Positions 29,536-38,447 of a stretch of DNA of 64,000 bases are shown one piece after another. The stretch lies in contig JBBRAI010000002.1 in assembly GCA_038206915.1 (NCBI GenBank), positions 5,510 through 69,509 on the forward strand. Reading direction: 5' to 3'. This DNA is from Burkholderiales bacterium (GTDB lineage Bacteria > Pseudomonadota > Gammaproteobacteria > Burkholderiales > SG8-39). Position numbers and translations under genes: made by a program. Under the pieces are notes generated by a model, which ran no database searches, was not told where the DNA came from, and worked only from the letters and a program-made list of their open reading frames with translations. Position 1 is the first letter of the stretch. Each line of letters opens with the position of its first letter.

Positions 29536-30624
29536 TTAACCGGCGCGGGGTTTCCTGCCTTCGCTGTGATAGCGCACGCTCGATTGATGCACGCAGTCGA
29601 CCAGGACTTTGACGCTTTCGGGCGGCGTGAACTGGGAAATGCCGTGGCCGAGATTGAAAACGTGGCCGCTGCCCTGGCCAAAACCCGCGAGGACTTTTTC
29701 GGTTTCGCGCTGCACCACGTCCGCGGGTGCAAACAGCACCGACGGATCGAGGTTGCCTTGCAGCGCAACACGATCACCTATGCGCGCGCGTGCCTGCGCA
29801 ATGTCCACGCTCCAATCCAGGCCGACGGCGTCGCAGCCGATGGCGGCGATGTCCTCCAGCCAGTTGCCGCAGCCTTTGGTGAACACGATGGCCGGAATGC
29901 GCGCGCCCGCGTGCTCACGTTTCAGGCCCGCGACGATGCGCTGCATGTAGGCAAGCGAGAACTCGCGGTATGCCGCATGCGAAAGATTGCCGCCCCAGGT
30001 ATCGAAAATCATCACCGCCTGGGCGCCGGCTTCGATCTGCGCGTTGAGGTAGGCGGTTACGGCCTGCGCGTTGATGTCGAGGATATGGTGCAGTAGGTCG
30101 GGCCGCGCATACAGCATGGTCTTGATGGTGCGAAAATCGTCGCTCGCGCCGCCTTCGACCATATAGCAGGCGAGCGTGTACGGGCTCCCGGAAAATCCGA
30201 TCAGGGGCACGCTCCCGCTGAGCGCGCGCCGGATTTCGCTCACTGCGTCGAGCACGTAGCGCAGTTCCGCGCCCGGGTCGGGAACGGCAAGGTCGCGAAT
30301 GGCCCACTCGTCGCGCAGCGGCCGCTCGAACTTCGGCCCTTCGCCTTCGGCGAAATACAGGCCCAGGCCCATGGCGTCGGGCACGGTGAGTATGTCCGAG
30401 AACAGAATCGCTGCGTCGAGTTCGAACCGCGCCAGCGGCTGCAGCGTTACTTCGGTGGCGTAGCCCGGATTCTTGCACAAACCGAGAAAGCTCCCGGCGC
30501 GGCTGCGCGTCTGGTTGTATTCAGGCAGGTAGCGCCCGGCCTGGCGCATCAGCCATACCGGGGTGTATTCGGTGGGCTGGCGCAGCAGCGCGCGTATGAA
30601 CGTGTCGTTCTTCAGCTTGGACAT
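29536..30624 (-). CDS. hemE: uroporphyrinogen decarboxylase
   Basis: The sequence begins [36 protein letters not shown] and ends near ...[15 protein letters not shown], canonical for HemE. Confidence 0.95.
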   Translation of the reverse strand: MSKLKNDTFIRALLRQPTEYTPVWLMRQAGRYLPEYNQTRSRAGSFLGLCKNPGYATEVTLQPLARFELDAAILFSDILTVPDAMGLGLYFAEGEGPKFERPLRDEWAIRDLAVPDPGAELRYVLDAVSEIRRALSGSVPLIGFSGSPYTLACYMVEGGASDDFRTIKTMLYARPDLLHHILDINAQAVTAYLNAQIEAGAQAVMIFDTWGGNLSHAAYREFSLAYMQRIVAGLKREHAGARIPAIVFTKGCGNWLEDIAAIGCDAVGLDWSVDIAQARARIGDRVALQGNLDPSVLFAPADVVQRETEKVLAGFGQGSGHVFNLGHGISQFTPPESVKVLVDCVHQSSVRYHSEGRKPRAG

Positions 30625-30625
30625 T

Positions 30626-31087
30626 TTATTTTAGCAGTTTCGTGGTAATGAATTTCCATTCGCGCGGGTCCACGGGCGTGACGGACAGGCGGTTGCCGCG
30701 CGCGAGCAGGCGCATGCCGGCGAGCGCGCCGTGCTGGCGCAGTTCGGGCAGGCCGAGCAACCGGGTTTTCCTGACGAAGCGCACGTCGACATTCACCCAG
30801 CGCGGTTCGTCGCGCGTTGCCTTGGCGTCGTAATACTTGCTCTTCGGGTCGAACTGGCTTGCGTCGGGATAGGCCTTGGCGCAGACCTCGGCCAGCCCGG
30901 CGATCCCCGGCTCGGCGCAACTCGAATGGTAGAACAGCACCTGGTCGCCGACGTGCATCTGGTCGCGCATGAAATTGCGCGCCTGGTAATTGCGCACGCC
31001 GAACCAGGGACTGCCGCGCCGCGGCGCGCGGGCGAGATCGTCGATGCTGAACTCGTCGGGCTCGGATTTCATCAGCCAGTAGCGCAT
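30626..31087 (-). CDS. EVE domain-containing protein
   Basis: The sequence [18 protein letters not shown]...[26 protein letters not shown] is a typical EVE/PUA-like pattern. Confidence 0.85.
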   Translation of the reverse strand: MRYWLMKSEPDEFSIDDLARAPRRGSPWFGVRNYQARNFMRDQMHVGDQVLFYHSSCAEPGIAGLAEVCAKAYPDASQFDPKSKYYDAKATRDEPRWVNVDVRFVRKTRLLGLPELRQHGALAGMRLLARGNRLSVTPVDPREWKFITTKLLK

Positions 31088-31117
31088 GGTCAGGATTTAC
31101 TCGCGGGGCACTCTACA

Positions 31118-31147
31118 AACAAAAATCGCAGACCGTGTGTCTGCGAT
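31118..31147 (-). terminator. rho-independent terminator following the putative 6S RNA
   Basis: There is a perfect 9-bp stem, atcgcagac/gtctgcgat, with loop cgtgt. On the minus strand it is followed by TTTTTGTTTG. Confidence 0.7.
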
Positions 31148-31189
31148 TCGGTCTGCGATTCCGGCTGCCATCAATGGCGAATTGGATTC

Positions 31190-31388
31190 CCCGCAAATGC
31201 CGTCAGACCCGCATCCTCTGAACCTGCAGTCCAGAGTGGTCGCATTCCGGCCGCCGTAGGTACATCCACGATGGGACGCGCACAAAAGCGGCGCTTTGGT
31301 CCGCGACCTCAGCACATATATTGGTTCAAGGAATATATGGCCTTAACGAGCATCGCAGGGAAACTGTTTGCGGTCTGGCCCGCTAAGG
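31190..31388 (-). ncRNA. ssrS: probable 6S RNA
   Basis: It lies immediately downstream of zapA, the conserved proteobacterial synteny. It is about 190 nt with no ORF. It has E. coli 6S-like segments (GCGGGCCAG near the 5' end, CCTTGAACCAA, CTACGGCGGC near the 3' end). The 5' gccagaccgc can pair with the 3' gcgggtctgacggc as a closing stem. The ends are approximate. Confidence 0.55.
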
Positions 31389-31394
31389 CATGGT

Positions 31395-31706
31395 CTAAAA
31401 CAGAGAATCCTGCTGCGACAAGGCCTGATCAAGCTTCGACTGCACTGAATTCATTCTACGCTTTAAATCTGCGATGTCAAAGCCGCTGCCGAGCTTGACC
31501 GAGAGCAATTCGTTGGCGATATTGAGCGCAGCCATGACGGCGATGCGCTCGGTGCCGGCGACCTTGCTCGACGCCTTGATCTCGGTCATTTTCATGTCGA
31601 CATACGCTACCGCCGCAAGCAGCGCCTCGCGCTCGTCATCGGCGCAGGTCACTTTATAGCTGCGCCCCAGGATGCTTACGTCCAGGGTCTTGGGTTTTGC
31701 GCTCAT
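31395..31706 (-). CDS. zapA: cell division protein ZapA
   Basis: The 103-aa ORF reads ...LDVSILGRSYKVTCADDEREALLAAVAYVDMKMTEIK...ERIAVMAALNIANELL. Confidence 0.9.
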   Translation of the reverse strand: MSAKPKTLDVSILGRSYKVTCADDEREALLAAVAYVDMKMTEIKASSKVAGTERIAVMAALNIANELLSVKLGSGFDIADLKRRMNSVQSKLDQALSQQDSLF

Positions 31707-31894
31707 TCCGGGATCTGGCGCAGCAGCGCCTCGAGGCGGGACTTGGCGCCGTCGACCTTGCCTTCCAGAAGCTTGACGTCATTCTGCGCGGACAGCAGCT
31801 GCAGCCTCAATTCCTTGTTCTCGCTGTTCAGACGCTGACATAACTGCAAGAACTGGTCGATCTTTCCGTCAAGTAGGTCGAATTCCTCTTCCAT
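31703..31894 (-). CDS. ZapB-like / TIGR02449-type coiled-coil protein
   Basis: The 63-aa protein is all coiled-coil (MEEEFDLLDGKIDQFLQLCQRLNSENKELRLQLL...). It overlaps the zapA start by 4 nt. Confidence 0.7.
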   Translation of the reverse strand: MEEEFDLLDGKIDQFLQLCQRLNSENKELRLQLLSAQNDVKLLEGKVDGAKSRLEALLRQIPE

Positions 31895-31900
31895 CGCTAC

Positions 31901-31930
31901 ACTATAATTTCAAAAATTGTTCCGAGTCAA
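31901..31930 (-). promoter_or_regulatory. candidate sigma70 promoter for the zapB-like/zapA/6S unit
   Basis: On the minus strand TTGACT is followed by 18 nt and then TATAGT. The -10 ends only 6 nt before the ATG at 31894, which implies a leaderless or near-leaderless mRNA. Confidence 0.4.
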
Positions 31931-32206
31931 GTAATAACAGGCAACACTCAAAGCTCTTTCCATGATGAATATACTGCCCTATTCATTTGATCCGGCGCCG
32001 GATTTCGCGGATAAACCCGCAGAAGCTGCCTGACAAGCTATTGCCGGGGAAAAACGGTAATGCGGGAGGATCAGATCCGGCGTGGATGCAAGGCGAACCG
32101 CCTGCTTTTGAGCAGAAAATCAAAAGGCCGGCAAGCCTGCAGACTGGAGCTGGCGCCAATGCGTGTGACAGGTGCAGCGGCGGGTGCGCATAGTCCTCTG
32201 GACCGA

Positions 32207-33523
32207 TCACTGCGACATCGTTCCTGGCAGCCATAGCGCAATCTGCGGAAAAGAAATGACCAAGCCCAGTGCCGCTAATTGCAATATCAGATAGGGCCAG
32301 ATCGAGGCGAAGATGTCGTTGAGCGTGACGCCCTTCGGTACTACGCCTTTGAGATAGAACGCGGCCGGGCCGAACGGCGGCGAGATATAGGAGATCTGCA
32401 TGTTCATGCAGAACAGCACTCCCAGCCAGACGAGATCGAAACCCAGCGCCGAGGCGACCGGCACGAAAATCGGTGCGGTGAGGAGCAGAATACCGATCCA
32501 GTCGATGAAGCAGCCGAGCACGATCCAGATGAGCTGAATGATGATGATTACCCCGATCGGCCCGACGGGCAGCCCCGTCATGGTGTCCTGAATCAGGCGC
32601 GTGCCGCCTGCGAGGGTGTAGACGCCGATCAGCGCGGAAGAGCCGAAGAACAACCAGTAGAGCATCGCCGTGACCTTGGTGGTGTCGACGATGGCGATCT
32701 TCATGTTCGCCCAGGTGAGCCGCCGGTTGACTGCGGCCGCCACTATCGCGCCGATCACTCCCACGCCGGCCGCTTCCGTGGGTGTGGCCCAGCCCAGATA
32801 GAGCGACCCGAGCACACCGAATGCGACAGCCGAGGGGAGTAGCAGGCCGCGCAGCAGCGCAATTTTCTCAGATAGCGGGATCGCCAGTTCTTCTGCGGTT
32901 GCCGGCGGTGCGAGCTCGGGCTGCAGCCGGCAGCGGATGATGATATAGGCGATGTACATTGCGGCAAGCATCAGTCCCGGCACCACCCCCGCAATGTACA
33001 GCTGCCCGATCGAAACGCCGGCGGTCAGCCCCCACATGATCAGCACCACGCTGGGCGGGATCAGGGTGGCGAGGCCGCCGCCGGCGCAGATGCAGCCGAG
33101 CGCGAGATCCTTCTTGTATCCGCGGTTGAGCATGGCCGGCAGCGCTACCACGCCCATGGTGACAATCTCGGCTCCGATCACGCCGACCATCGCCGCCATC
33201 AGCGCGCAGGAGATGATCACCGCCACCGCCAATCCGCCGCGAATGCGCCCGGCCCAGACGTGAACGGTGTGGAATATGGCCTCGGCGATGCCGGCGCGCT
33301 CAAGGATGCAGGCCATGAAAATGAACAGCGGCACCGACACCAGCACGTAATTCCCCATCAGGGTGAAAACGCGGCTGACGACGAGGGTCAATCCGGGTTC
33401 GCCGAACAGGAAATAAGTAAATACTACGGCTATCGCGCCGGTGGCGAAGGCTAGGGGCAGCCCGGCCAAGAGCAGCACCATGAACGCCGCCACGAACAGG
33501 AACGACAGCAGCGTGATGCTCAA
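32207..33523 (-). CDS. TRAP transporter large permease subunit (DctM family)
   Basis: The 438-aa polytopic protein shares a 4-nt overlap with the DctQ-like gene. Confidence 0.9.
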   Translation of the reverse strand: MSITLLSFLFVAAFMVLLLAGLPLAFATGAIAVVFTYFLFGEPGLTLVVSRVFTLMGNYVLVSVPLFIFMACILERAGIAEAIFHTVHVWAGRIRGGLAVAVIISCALMAAMVGVIGAEIVTMGVVALPAMLNRGYKKDLALGCICAGGGLATLIPPSVVLIMWGLTAGVSIGQLYIAGVVPGLMLAAMYIAYIIIRCRLQPELAPPATAEELAIPLSEKIALLRGLLLPSAVAFGVLGSLYLGWATPTEAAGVGVIGAIVAAAVNRRLTWANMKIAIVDTTKVTAMLYWLFFGSSALIGVYTLAGGTRLIQDTMTGLPVGPIGVIIIIQLIWIVLGCFIDWIGILLLTAPIFVPVASALGFDLVWLGVLFCMNMQISYISPPFGPAAFYLKGVVPKGVTLNDIFASIWPYLILQLAALGLVISFPQIALWLPGTMSQ

Positions 33524-34074
33524 GGCTTCTTCTCCACCATCCCGATTTCGCGCAGCAGATTGGCTATCCCCTGCAGTAGCAGCAGCAGCCCGGCGCCAGG
33601 GATGGCGAGTTTTACCGGCCAGATCAGCGGATTCCAGGGCGTGCCGGTAGTCTCACTCTGACCGAAAGATTGCCACGCCATCTGGCCGCCCACCCAGACC
33701 AGAGTGCCGACGTAGAGCACGAAGAAGACGAACGTGAGTAAATCGAGCCGCGCGCGTACCTTGGGGCTGAGGCGCTCGTGGATCAGGTCGATGCGCACAT
33801 GGCGGTGACTCAGATGAGCGTAAGCACCGGCAAGCAGATAGGCCACCGCGGAAACATAGATGACGGATTCGTTGGCCCAGATCGTCGGACGGTTGAACAG
33901 GGTGCGCGCCACCACTTCGTACAGCACCGCCAGTGTTACCAGCAGGATGGTATAGCCACAGACTAGGCCCATCCATTCGTTGACGCCGTCGATGGCGCGG
34001 CAGAAGCCCTCCGCTGCGTGGCGGCGCGGTCGCGTCCGCGCCGGTTCTGCGGAGGGCTCCGGTGCCGGTGTCAC
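33520..34074 (-). CDS. TRAP transporter small permease subunit (DctQ family)
   Basis: The 184-aa protein has 4 predicted TM segments. It lies between the DctP and DctM genes with 4-nt overlaps on both sides. Confidence 0.85.
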   Translation of the reverse strand: MTPAPEPSAEPARTRPRRHAAEGFCRAIDGVNEWMGLVCGYTILLVTLAVLYEVVARTLFNRPTIWANESVIYVSAVAYLLAGAYAHLSHRHVRIDLIHERLSPKVRARLDLLTFVFFVLYVGTLVWVGGQMAWQSFGQSETTGTPWNPLIWPVKLAIPGAGLLLLLQGIANLLREIGMVEKKP

Positions 34075-35102
34075 GCGATCAGGCCGAGGTCGCGCAGCCA
34101 GGCCATCTGCGAGTCATAGGCCTTCTTTGCCAGTGCCGATTTCTTCGACCATTCGGTCCATGTGACATGAGCGAGATCGCGCACCTTGCGCAGTTCTTCC
34201 GGAGTCCAGGTGATTTGCACGATGCCCTTGGGCTTGAGTTCGGCGATAACGCGCACATCGTCCACCGCCACGCGTTCGATCTGGTCCCAGCTCCATTCGC
34301 GCGTCGCGCTCGACAGAATCTGCCGGATGTCCTCGGGCAGCGCCTTCCATGCGGCCATGTTGACGGTGAAGTCCTGGTTTGGCATGGAGTGGGTAAACAT
34401 GGTGGGATATTTGGCGACTTCGTGAAAACCCATGCGCTGGTTCATCGACATCGTGGCCCAGTCGGCCGCGTCGACCACGCCCTTGTCCAGCGCGGAATAC
34501 ACTTCTCCGCCTGGAATTACCACTACCGATCCGCCCATCTTGGTCAGAATCTCGGCGTTGAGACCCTGCGGCGAGCGGATCTTGATGCCCTTGAAGTCGG
34601 CCATATTGTGTATCGGCTTTTTCGATACGATCGACTCCAGGCCCCACCAGGAGACGCCGACGCAGTAGGCGTTGTAACGCGCATAGGCTTCGCGCAGCAG
34701 GTCCAGTCCGCCCTTGTAATGGAACCAGGCATCCGCCTGCCAAGGGTGCTGATAGGCAAAAGCAAGGTCACCGATGACTGCGAACCCGGGGTCTTTGCCG
34801 GTGAAATAGACGGGTGCCGTTGACTGCGCCTGGAGCACGCCGGCCTGCACCGCGTCCAGCGTTTCGAATGCCCCCACGACGGCACCTGAGGCGAAGGGTT
34901 GAATTTCAAGCCGTCCATTGGTCAGTTTACCGACACGGGTACAGAAGTCCTGAAACACCTTGTATGTAAGCTCGGCCGAACTCCACATCGATTGCGCTTT
35001 CCATTTGATCGTCTGCTGCGACTTGACGATCGCGGGAAATCCCAGGCTGGCGGCACCTGCGGCGGCCGCGCCGGTGATAAATCTGCGACGCTGGATACTC
35101 AT
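34071..35102 (-). CDS. TRAP transporter substrate-binding protein (DctP family, Tat-type signal)
   Basis: The N-terminus MSIQRRRFITGAAAAGAASLGFPA is a twin-arginine signal. The remainder is a DctP-like body. Confidence 0.85.
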   Translation of the reverse strand: MSIQRRRFITGAAAAGAASLGFPAIVKSQQTIKWKAQSMWSSAELTYKVFQDFCTRVGKLTNGRLEIQPFASGAVVGAFETLDAVQAGVLQAQSTAPVYFTGKDPGFAVIGDLAFAYQHPWQADAWFHYKGGLDLLREAYARYNAYCVGVSWWGLESIVSKKPIHNMADFKGIKIRSPQGLNAEILTKMGGSVVVIPGGEVYSALDKGVVDAADWATMSMNQRMGFHEVAKYPTMFTHSMPNQDFTVNMAAWKALPEDIRQILSSATREWSWDQIERVAVDDVRVIAELKPKGIVQITWTPEELRKVRDLAHVTWTEWSKKSALAKKAYDSQMAWLRDLGLIA

Positions 35103-35197
35103 GATTTTTTCTCCTCCTTTGTGGTTGCTGCGCTATGGTGTAATTGCTGCATGCGGAACCAGCGGAACCAGCGAGGTTGACAGCATCCCGCTACGCA

Positions 35198-35222
35198 ACT
35201 ACGATGATATATCAGTCGTAGT
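35198..35222. promoter_or_regulatory. operator-like palindrome ACTACGA-TGATATATCA-G-TCGTAGT in the TRAP/PhyH divergent region
   Basis: Read directly. The core TGATATATCA is at 35205-35214. A second half-site, caacATATCAc, is at 35228-35238. Confidence 0.55.
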
Positions 35223-35292
35223 CACGCAACATATCACCCGCGATTCTTTCATGCAAGCCGGTGGTGCTGGTCCCGTATAAGAGGAGCAAACA

Positions 35293-36126
35293 ATGTCGAA
35301 GTCGCTGTCCGTCGAAGCCGTGCGGCATTACCAGAGTAATGGCTATCATTTCCCGGTGCCGGTGCTCAGCCGGGAGGAGGCGGCGCATTATCGCCGCTGC
35401 CTGGAGCAGCACGAGGCCAAAACCGGCAAACCGCTGCAGGGCAATTGGCGGCACAAGACGCACCTTATCTTTACCTGGGCGGACGAGCTCGCGCACCATC
35501 CGAAGATTCTCGACGCCGTGGAGGATGTGATCGGCCCGGATATTCTCTGCTGGACCACAAATTTCTTCATTAAGGAAGCGAACAACCCCGGCTTTGTCTC
35601 TTGGCATCAGGACTCGACCTACTGGGGCCTCGATCCGGACGAAGTAATCACTGCATGGGTTGCCTTTACAGACGTGACGCCCGAAAACGGCTACATGCAG
35701 TTCATCCCCGGCAGCCACAAGATCGACCAGTTGCCGCACGTCGATACGTTTCACAAGGACAACCTGCTGTCTCGCGGGCAGGAGATTGCCGTTGAAGTGG
35801 ATAGGTCTAAAGCTGTCGGAATCCCGTTGCGCGCTGGGGAAATGTCGCTGCACCACATCAAGTTGGTGCACGGCTCCGAGGCAAACCGCAGCAACGACAG
35901 GCGCATCGGCCTCGCGATCCGCTACATTCCGACATATGTGCGCCAGACCAAGATTCGCGACTCGGCGATGCTGGTGCGCGGCACCGATAAGTATCGCCAT
36001 TTCGACTACGAACCGCGGCCCCGCGCCGACTTGGACGATGCGGCGCAGGCTGCACATGCCGATGCAGTGGCGCGCCAGGTAAAGGCGCTGTACCAAGGCA
36101 CCAACAAGCAGGAATTTCGCGCCTGA
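35293..36126 (+). CDS. phytanoyl-CoA dioxygenase (PhyH) family Fe(II)/2-oxoglutarate dioxygenase, copy 1
   Basis: The 277-aa ORF follows a GAGGAG RBS. It has the WHQDSTYW (H-x-D) motif, the distal His in LVHGSEAN, and RIGLAIRY. Confidence 0.8.
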   Translation: MSKSLSVEAVRHYQSNGYHFPVPVLSREEAAHYRRCLEQHEAKTGKPLQGNWRHKTHLIFTWADELAHHPKILDAVEDVIGPDILCWTTNFFIKEANNPGFVSWHQDSTYWGLDPDEVITAWVAFTDVTPENGYMQFIPGSHKIDQLPHVDTFHKDNLLSRGQEIAVEVDRSKAVGIPLRAGEMSLHHIKLVHGSEANRSNDRRIGLAIRYIPTYVRQTKIRDSAMLVRGTDKYRHFDYEPRPRADLDDAAQAAHADAVARQVKALYQGTNKQEFRA

Positions 36127-36199
36127 GTGTGCGCTCCGCACTGGCGCCTGCGGCGTCCGGGCGGCCGGCTACCCCGCTAATTTATCCGAAGGAGTCACC

Positions 36200-37063
36200 G
36201 TGGCTGAAGAACGCAAGAAACTGACGGTGCCCGATCTGAAGGAAGCGAAGAAATCCGGCCGTAAGCTTGCGATGGCCTCGATTCCGGACTACCCATCGGC
36301 AGTCTGGGCCGAGCGCGCCGGGCTGGATATCCTCGGCATCGGCGATAGTCTGGGCATGGTGAGCTATGGCTTCTCCAATACGCTGCCGGTGACGGTGGAC
36401 ATGATGATCCAGCATTGCCAGGCGGTGCGCCGTGGCGCGCCCAACACGTTCAATCTGGTGGCGATGCCGTACGGCAGCTATCCCAACCCGGACGTCGCCG
36501 TGACCAACGCGCTGCGTTTCATGAAGGAGGGCGACGTGGACTGCGTCAAGATCCAGGGCGGGCGCGACAAATTTCCCATCCTGAAGGCGATCGCCGACGC
36601 CGGCGTGCCGTTGATGAGTCACGTCGGCATGTGCCCGCATTTCGTGCACCAGTACGGCGGCTTCAAGCTGCAGGGCAAGACAGCGGATGAGGCGTTGAAA
36701 ATCATTGATGACGCCGTCGCGATCCAGGAAGCCGGCTGCATCGGTTTCGAAATCGAGGCGGTGCCGGCGCCGGTCGCGTGCGCGGTGGACGCAGCGGTAG
36801 ATATCTTCACCTTCGGCATCGGCGCCGGCAGCGCCAGCTGCGGTCAGCTGCTGCTCGCGTTCGATCTTCTGGGCGTGTTCGATCAGTTCAAGCCGAAATT
36901 CACCAAGCGCTATGCCAACATTTCGCAAATCGCCGTGGATGCCCTCAAGCAATACGCCGCCGAAGTGCGCAGCGGGCAGTTTCCGGACGCGGAACACAGC
37001 TACACAATGAAGCCGGAGGAGATCGCACGGTTGGAACAGGTCACCGGCCGGAAGCTGCAATAG
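36200..37063 (+). CDS. 3-methyl-2-oxobutanoate hydroxymethyltransferase (PanB) family protein, copy 1
   Basis: It has a GTG start after a GAAGGAG RBS. PanB motifs are present: IGDSLGMV, RRGAPN, VKIQGG, GHVGMCPH and FEIEAVP. The usual GIGAG..DGQIL reads GIGAGSASCGQLL here. Confidence 0.8.
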   Translation: MAEERKKLTVPDLKEAKKSGRKLAMASIPDYPSAVWAERAGLDILGIGDSLGMVSYGFSNTLPVTVDMMIQHCQAVRRGAPNTFNLVAMPYGSYPNPDVAVTNALRFMKEGDVDCVKIQGGRDKFPILKAIADAGVPLMSHVGMCPHFVHQYGGFKLQGKTADEALKIIDDAVAIQEAGCIGFEIEAVPAPVACAVDAAVDIFTFGIGAGSASCGQLLLAFDLLGVFDQFKPKFTKRYANISQIAVDALKQYAAEVRSGQFPDAEHSYTMKPEEIARLEQVTGRKLQ

Positions 37064-37090
37064 AAAACGGCGCGGGATCCGCGCCGTTTG
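37064..37090. terminator. bidirectional rho-independent terminator between the convergent PanB-like and SBP genes
   Basis: There is a perfect 11-bp stem, aaacggcgcgg/ccgcgccgttt, with loop gat. A/T tracts lie on both sides. Confidence 0.7.
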
Positions 37091-37109
37091 AGTCACCAGG
37101 CCAGGGAGA

Positions 37110-38420
37110 TCAGCCGTAGTAGCGTTTGGCGCGCTTTTCAGCTTCGGCCGCCGCTTCTTTCGCGGTCTTTTGCCCAATGCAGGCCGACGCAAACATGTCG
37201 ACCACGATCCAGTCGGCCATGCATGCCGCGGACGCATAACCCAGGCTGCCGGCATAGCTGTGCGGCTGCATGCGGGCGACAACATGCTTGAACGGCAGGT
37301 ATTTCGGGTCGTCGTTCCAGAATTTGTTGTCGTCGTAGGCCTTGAGCGGGTGGCTGACGTAGCCGAGCGACGCAGCCTGCCAGGGCTCGTACTGCTCGCG
37401 TTCCCACATGAAGCGCAGATACTCCTTCGCCGCATTCGGATACTTGCTGTACTTGAACAAGAACGCCTGCGACAGCAGATGAAGCTCGGTCGGCCTGCCG
37501 ATCGGCCCGACGATCATGGGCGCGTGGTTCATGTCGGCCGCCACCGCCTGCTTCGCCGGGTCGGTCGAAGTCTTCCCTGCGTAATAGATCGAGATGCCGT
37601 TCGAGGTGAGGCTGATCTTGCCTTCAAGGAAGGCGTTGTTGTTGGATACGCCGCTCCACCCGCCGGTGCCCTCGATGAAGGTCTTGGAAAGCTGCTGCAG
37701 ATACTCGATCGCTTTGATGGTTTCCGGGCTGTTGATCGCGACCTGATTCTTTTCGTCCACCATTTTGCCGCCGAAGCCCCAGAGGATGTTGTGCATCCAG
37801 GTTTCGGAATCACCGGTTGCATGTGACAAGGCGAAACCGGGCGGGTGACCGTTCTTTTGCAGCGCCTGACACAGCTTGAGATAGTCTTCAAAGTTAGTCG
37901 GAAATTTGTCGAATCCCGCCTCTTTCACCCAGGACACGCGGTAATTAAGCAAGGCTCCCGAGGCACCCAGCGGCAAGCCGATCCAGCGCCCGTTTTTGGT
38001 CGTGCCATAGACGCGCGCCGTCGGAAACCAGCCGCCGTATTTCTTGCCCAGGTACTCGGCGAGGTCGGTCAGATCGACCAGCTTATCCGGATAGAGATGC
38101 GGATCGTCGAGCCAGCCGACGATAATGTCGGGTCCCGCGCCGACGTTTGCGGCAACCGCCGCCTTGGGTCGCACATCTTCCCAGTTCTCGTTGTCCGTGC
38201 GCACCGGAATGCCGTATTTTTCGCTGAACTTCTTCGTGTTGGCCAACCACATATCCTCGTCAGGCTGCACGAATCGCTTCCAGCGCAGCACGCGTAGCTT
38301 GGCGTCTTTCTCCGGCTTGAAGCTGGTTTGCGCCTGCGCTTTCTTGACCCAGAACATCGGGCCCATCGCGGCCATGGCACCCATGCCGCCGACGATTCTC
38401 CGTCTAGTTTGGTTTGTCAT
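37110..38420 (-). CDS. ABC transporter substrate-binding protein (extracellular solute-binding family 1, CUT1 sugar-type; Tat-like signal)
   Basis: The 436-aa ORF follows an AAAGGAGG RBS. The N-terminus is MTNQTRRRIVGGMGAMAAMGPMFWVKKAQA. Confidence 0.8.
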   Translation of the reverse strand: MTNQTRRRIVGGMGAMAAMGPMFWVKKAQAQTSFKPEKDAKLRVLRWKRFVQPDEDMWLANTKKFSEKYGIPVRTDNENWEDVRPKAAVAANVGAGPDIIVGWLDDPHLYPDKLVDLTDLAEYLGKKYGGWFPTARVYGTTKNGRWIGLPLGASGALLNYRVSWVKEAGFDKFPTNFEDYLKLCQALQKNGHPPGFALSHATGDSETWMHNILWGFGGKMVDEKNQVAINSPETIKAIEYLQQLSKTFIEGTGGWSGVSNNNAFLEGKISLTSNGISIYYAGKTSTDPAKQAVAADMNHAPMIVGPIGRPTELHLLSQAFLFKYSKYPNAAKEYLRFMWEREQYEPWQAASLGYVSHPLKAYDDNKFWNDDPKYLPFKHVVARMQPHSYAGSLGYASAACMADWIVVDMFASACIGQKTAKEAAAEAEKRAKRYYG

Positions 38421-38447
38421 AACTACCTCCTTTGGTTGAACAGCGGG

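Noticed and set aside
31139-31160. The direct repeat gtctgcgatt occurs twice, next to the terminator hairpin.
   Set aside because: The first copy is the descending arm of the terminator stem. There are only two short copies with no spacer architecture, so this is not a CRISPR or a meaningful tandem repeat.
36182-37435. A 417-aa minus-strand ORF covers PanB1 and the terminator.
   Set aside because: It is antisense to a clear PanB-family gene, it crosses a perfect 11-bp terminator hairpin, and its composition is low-complexity.
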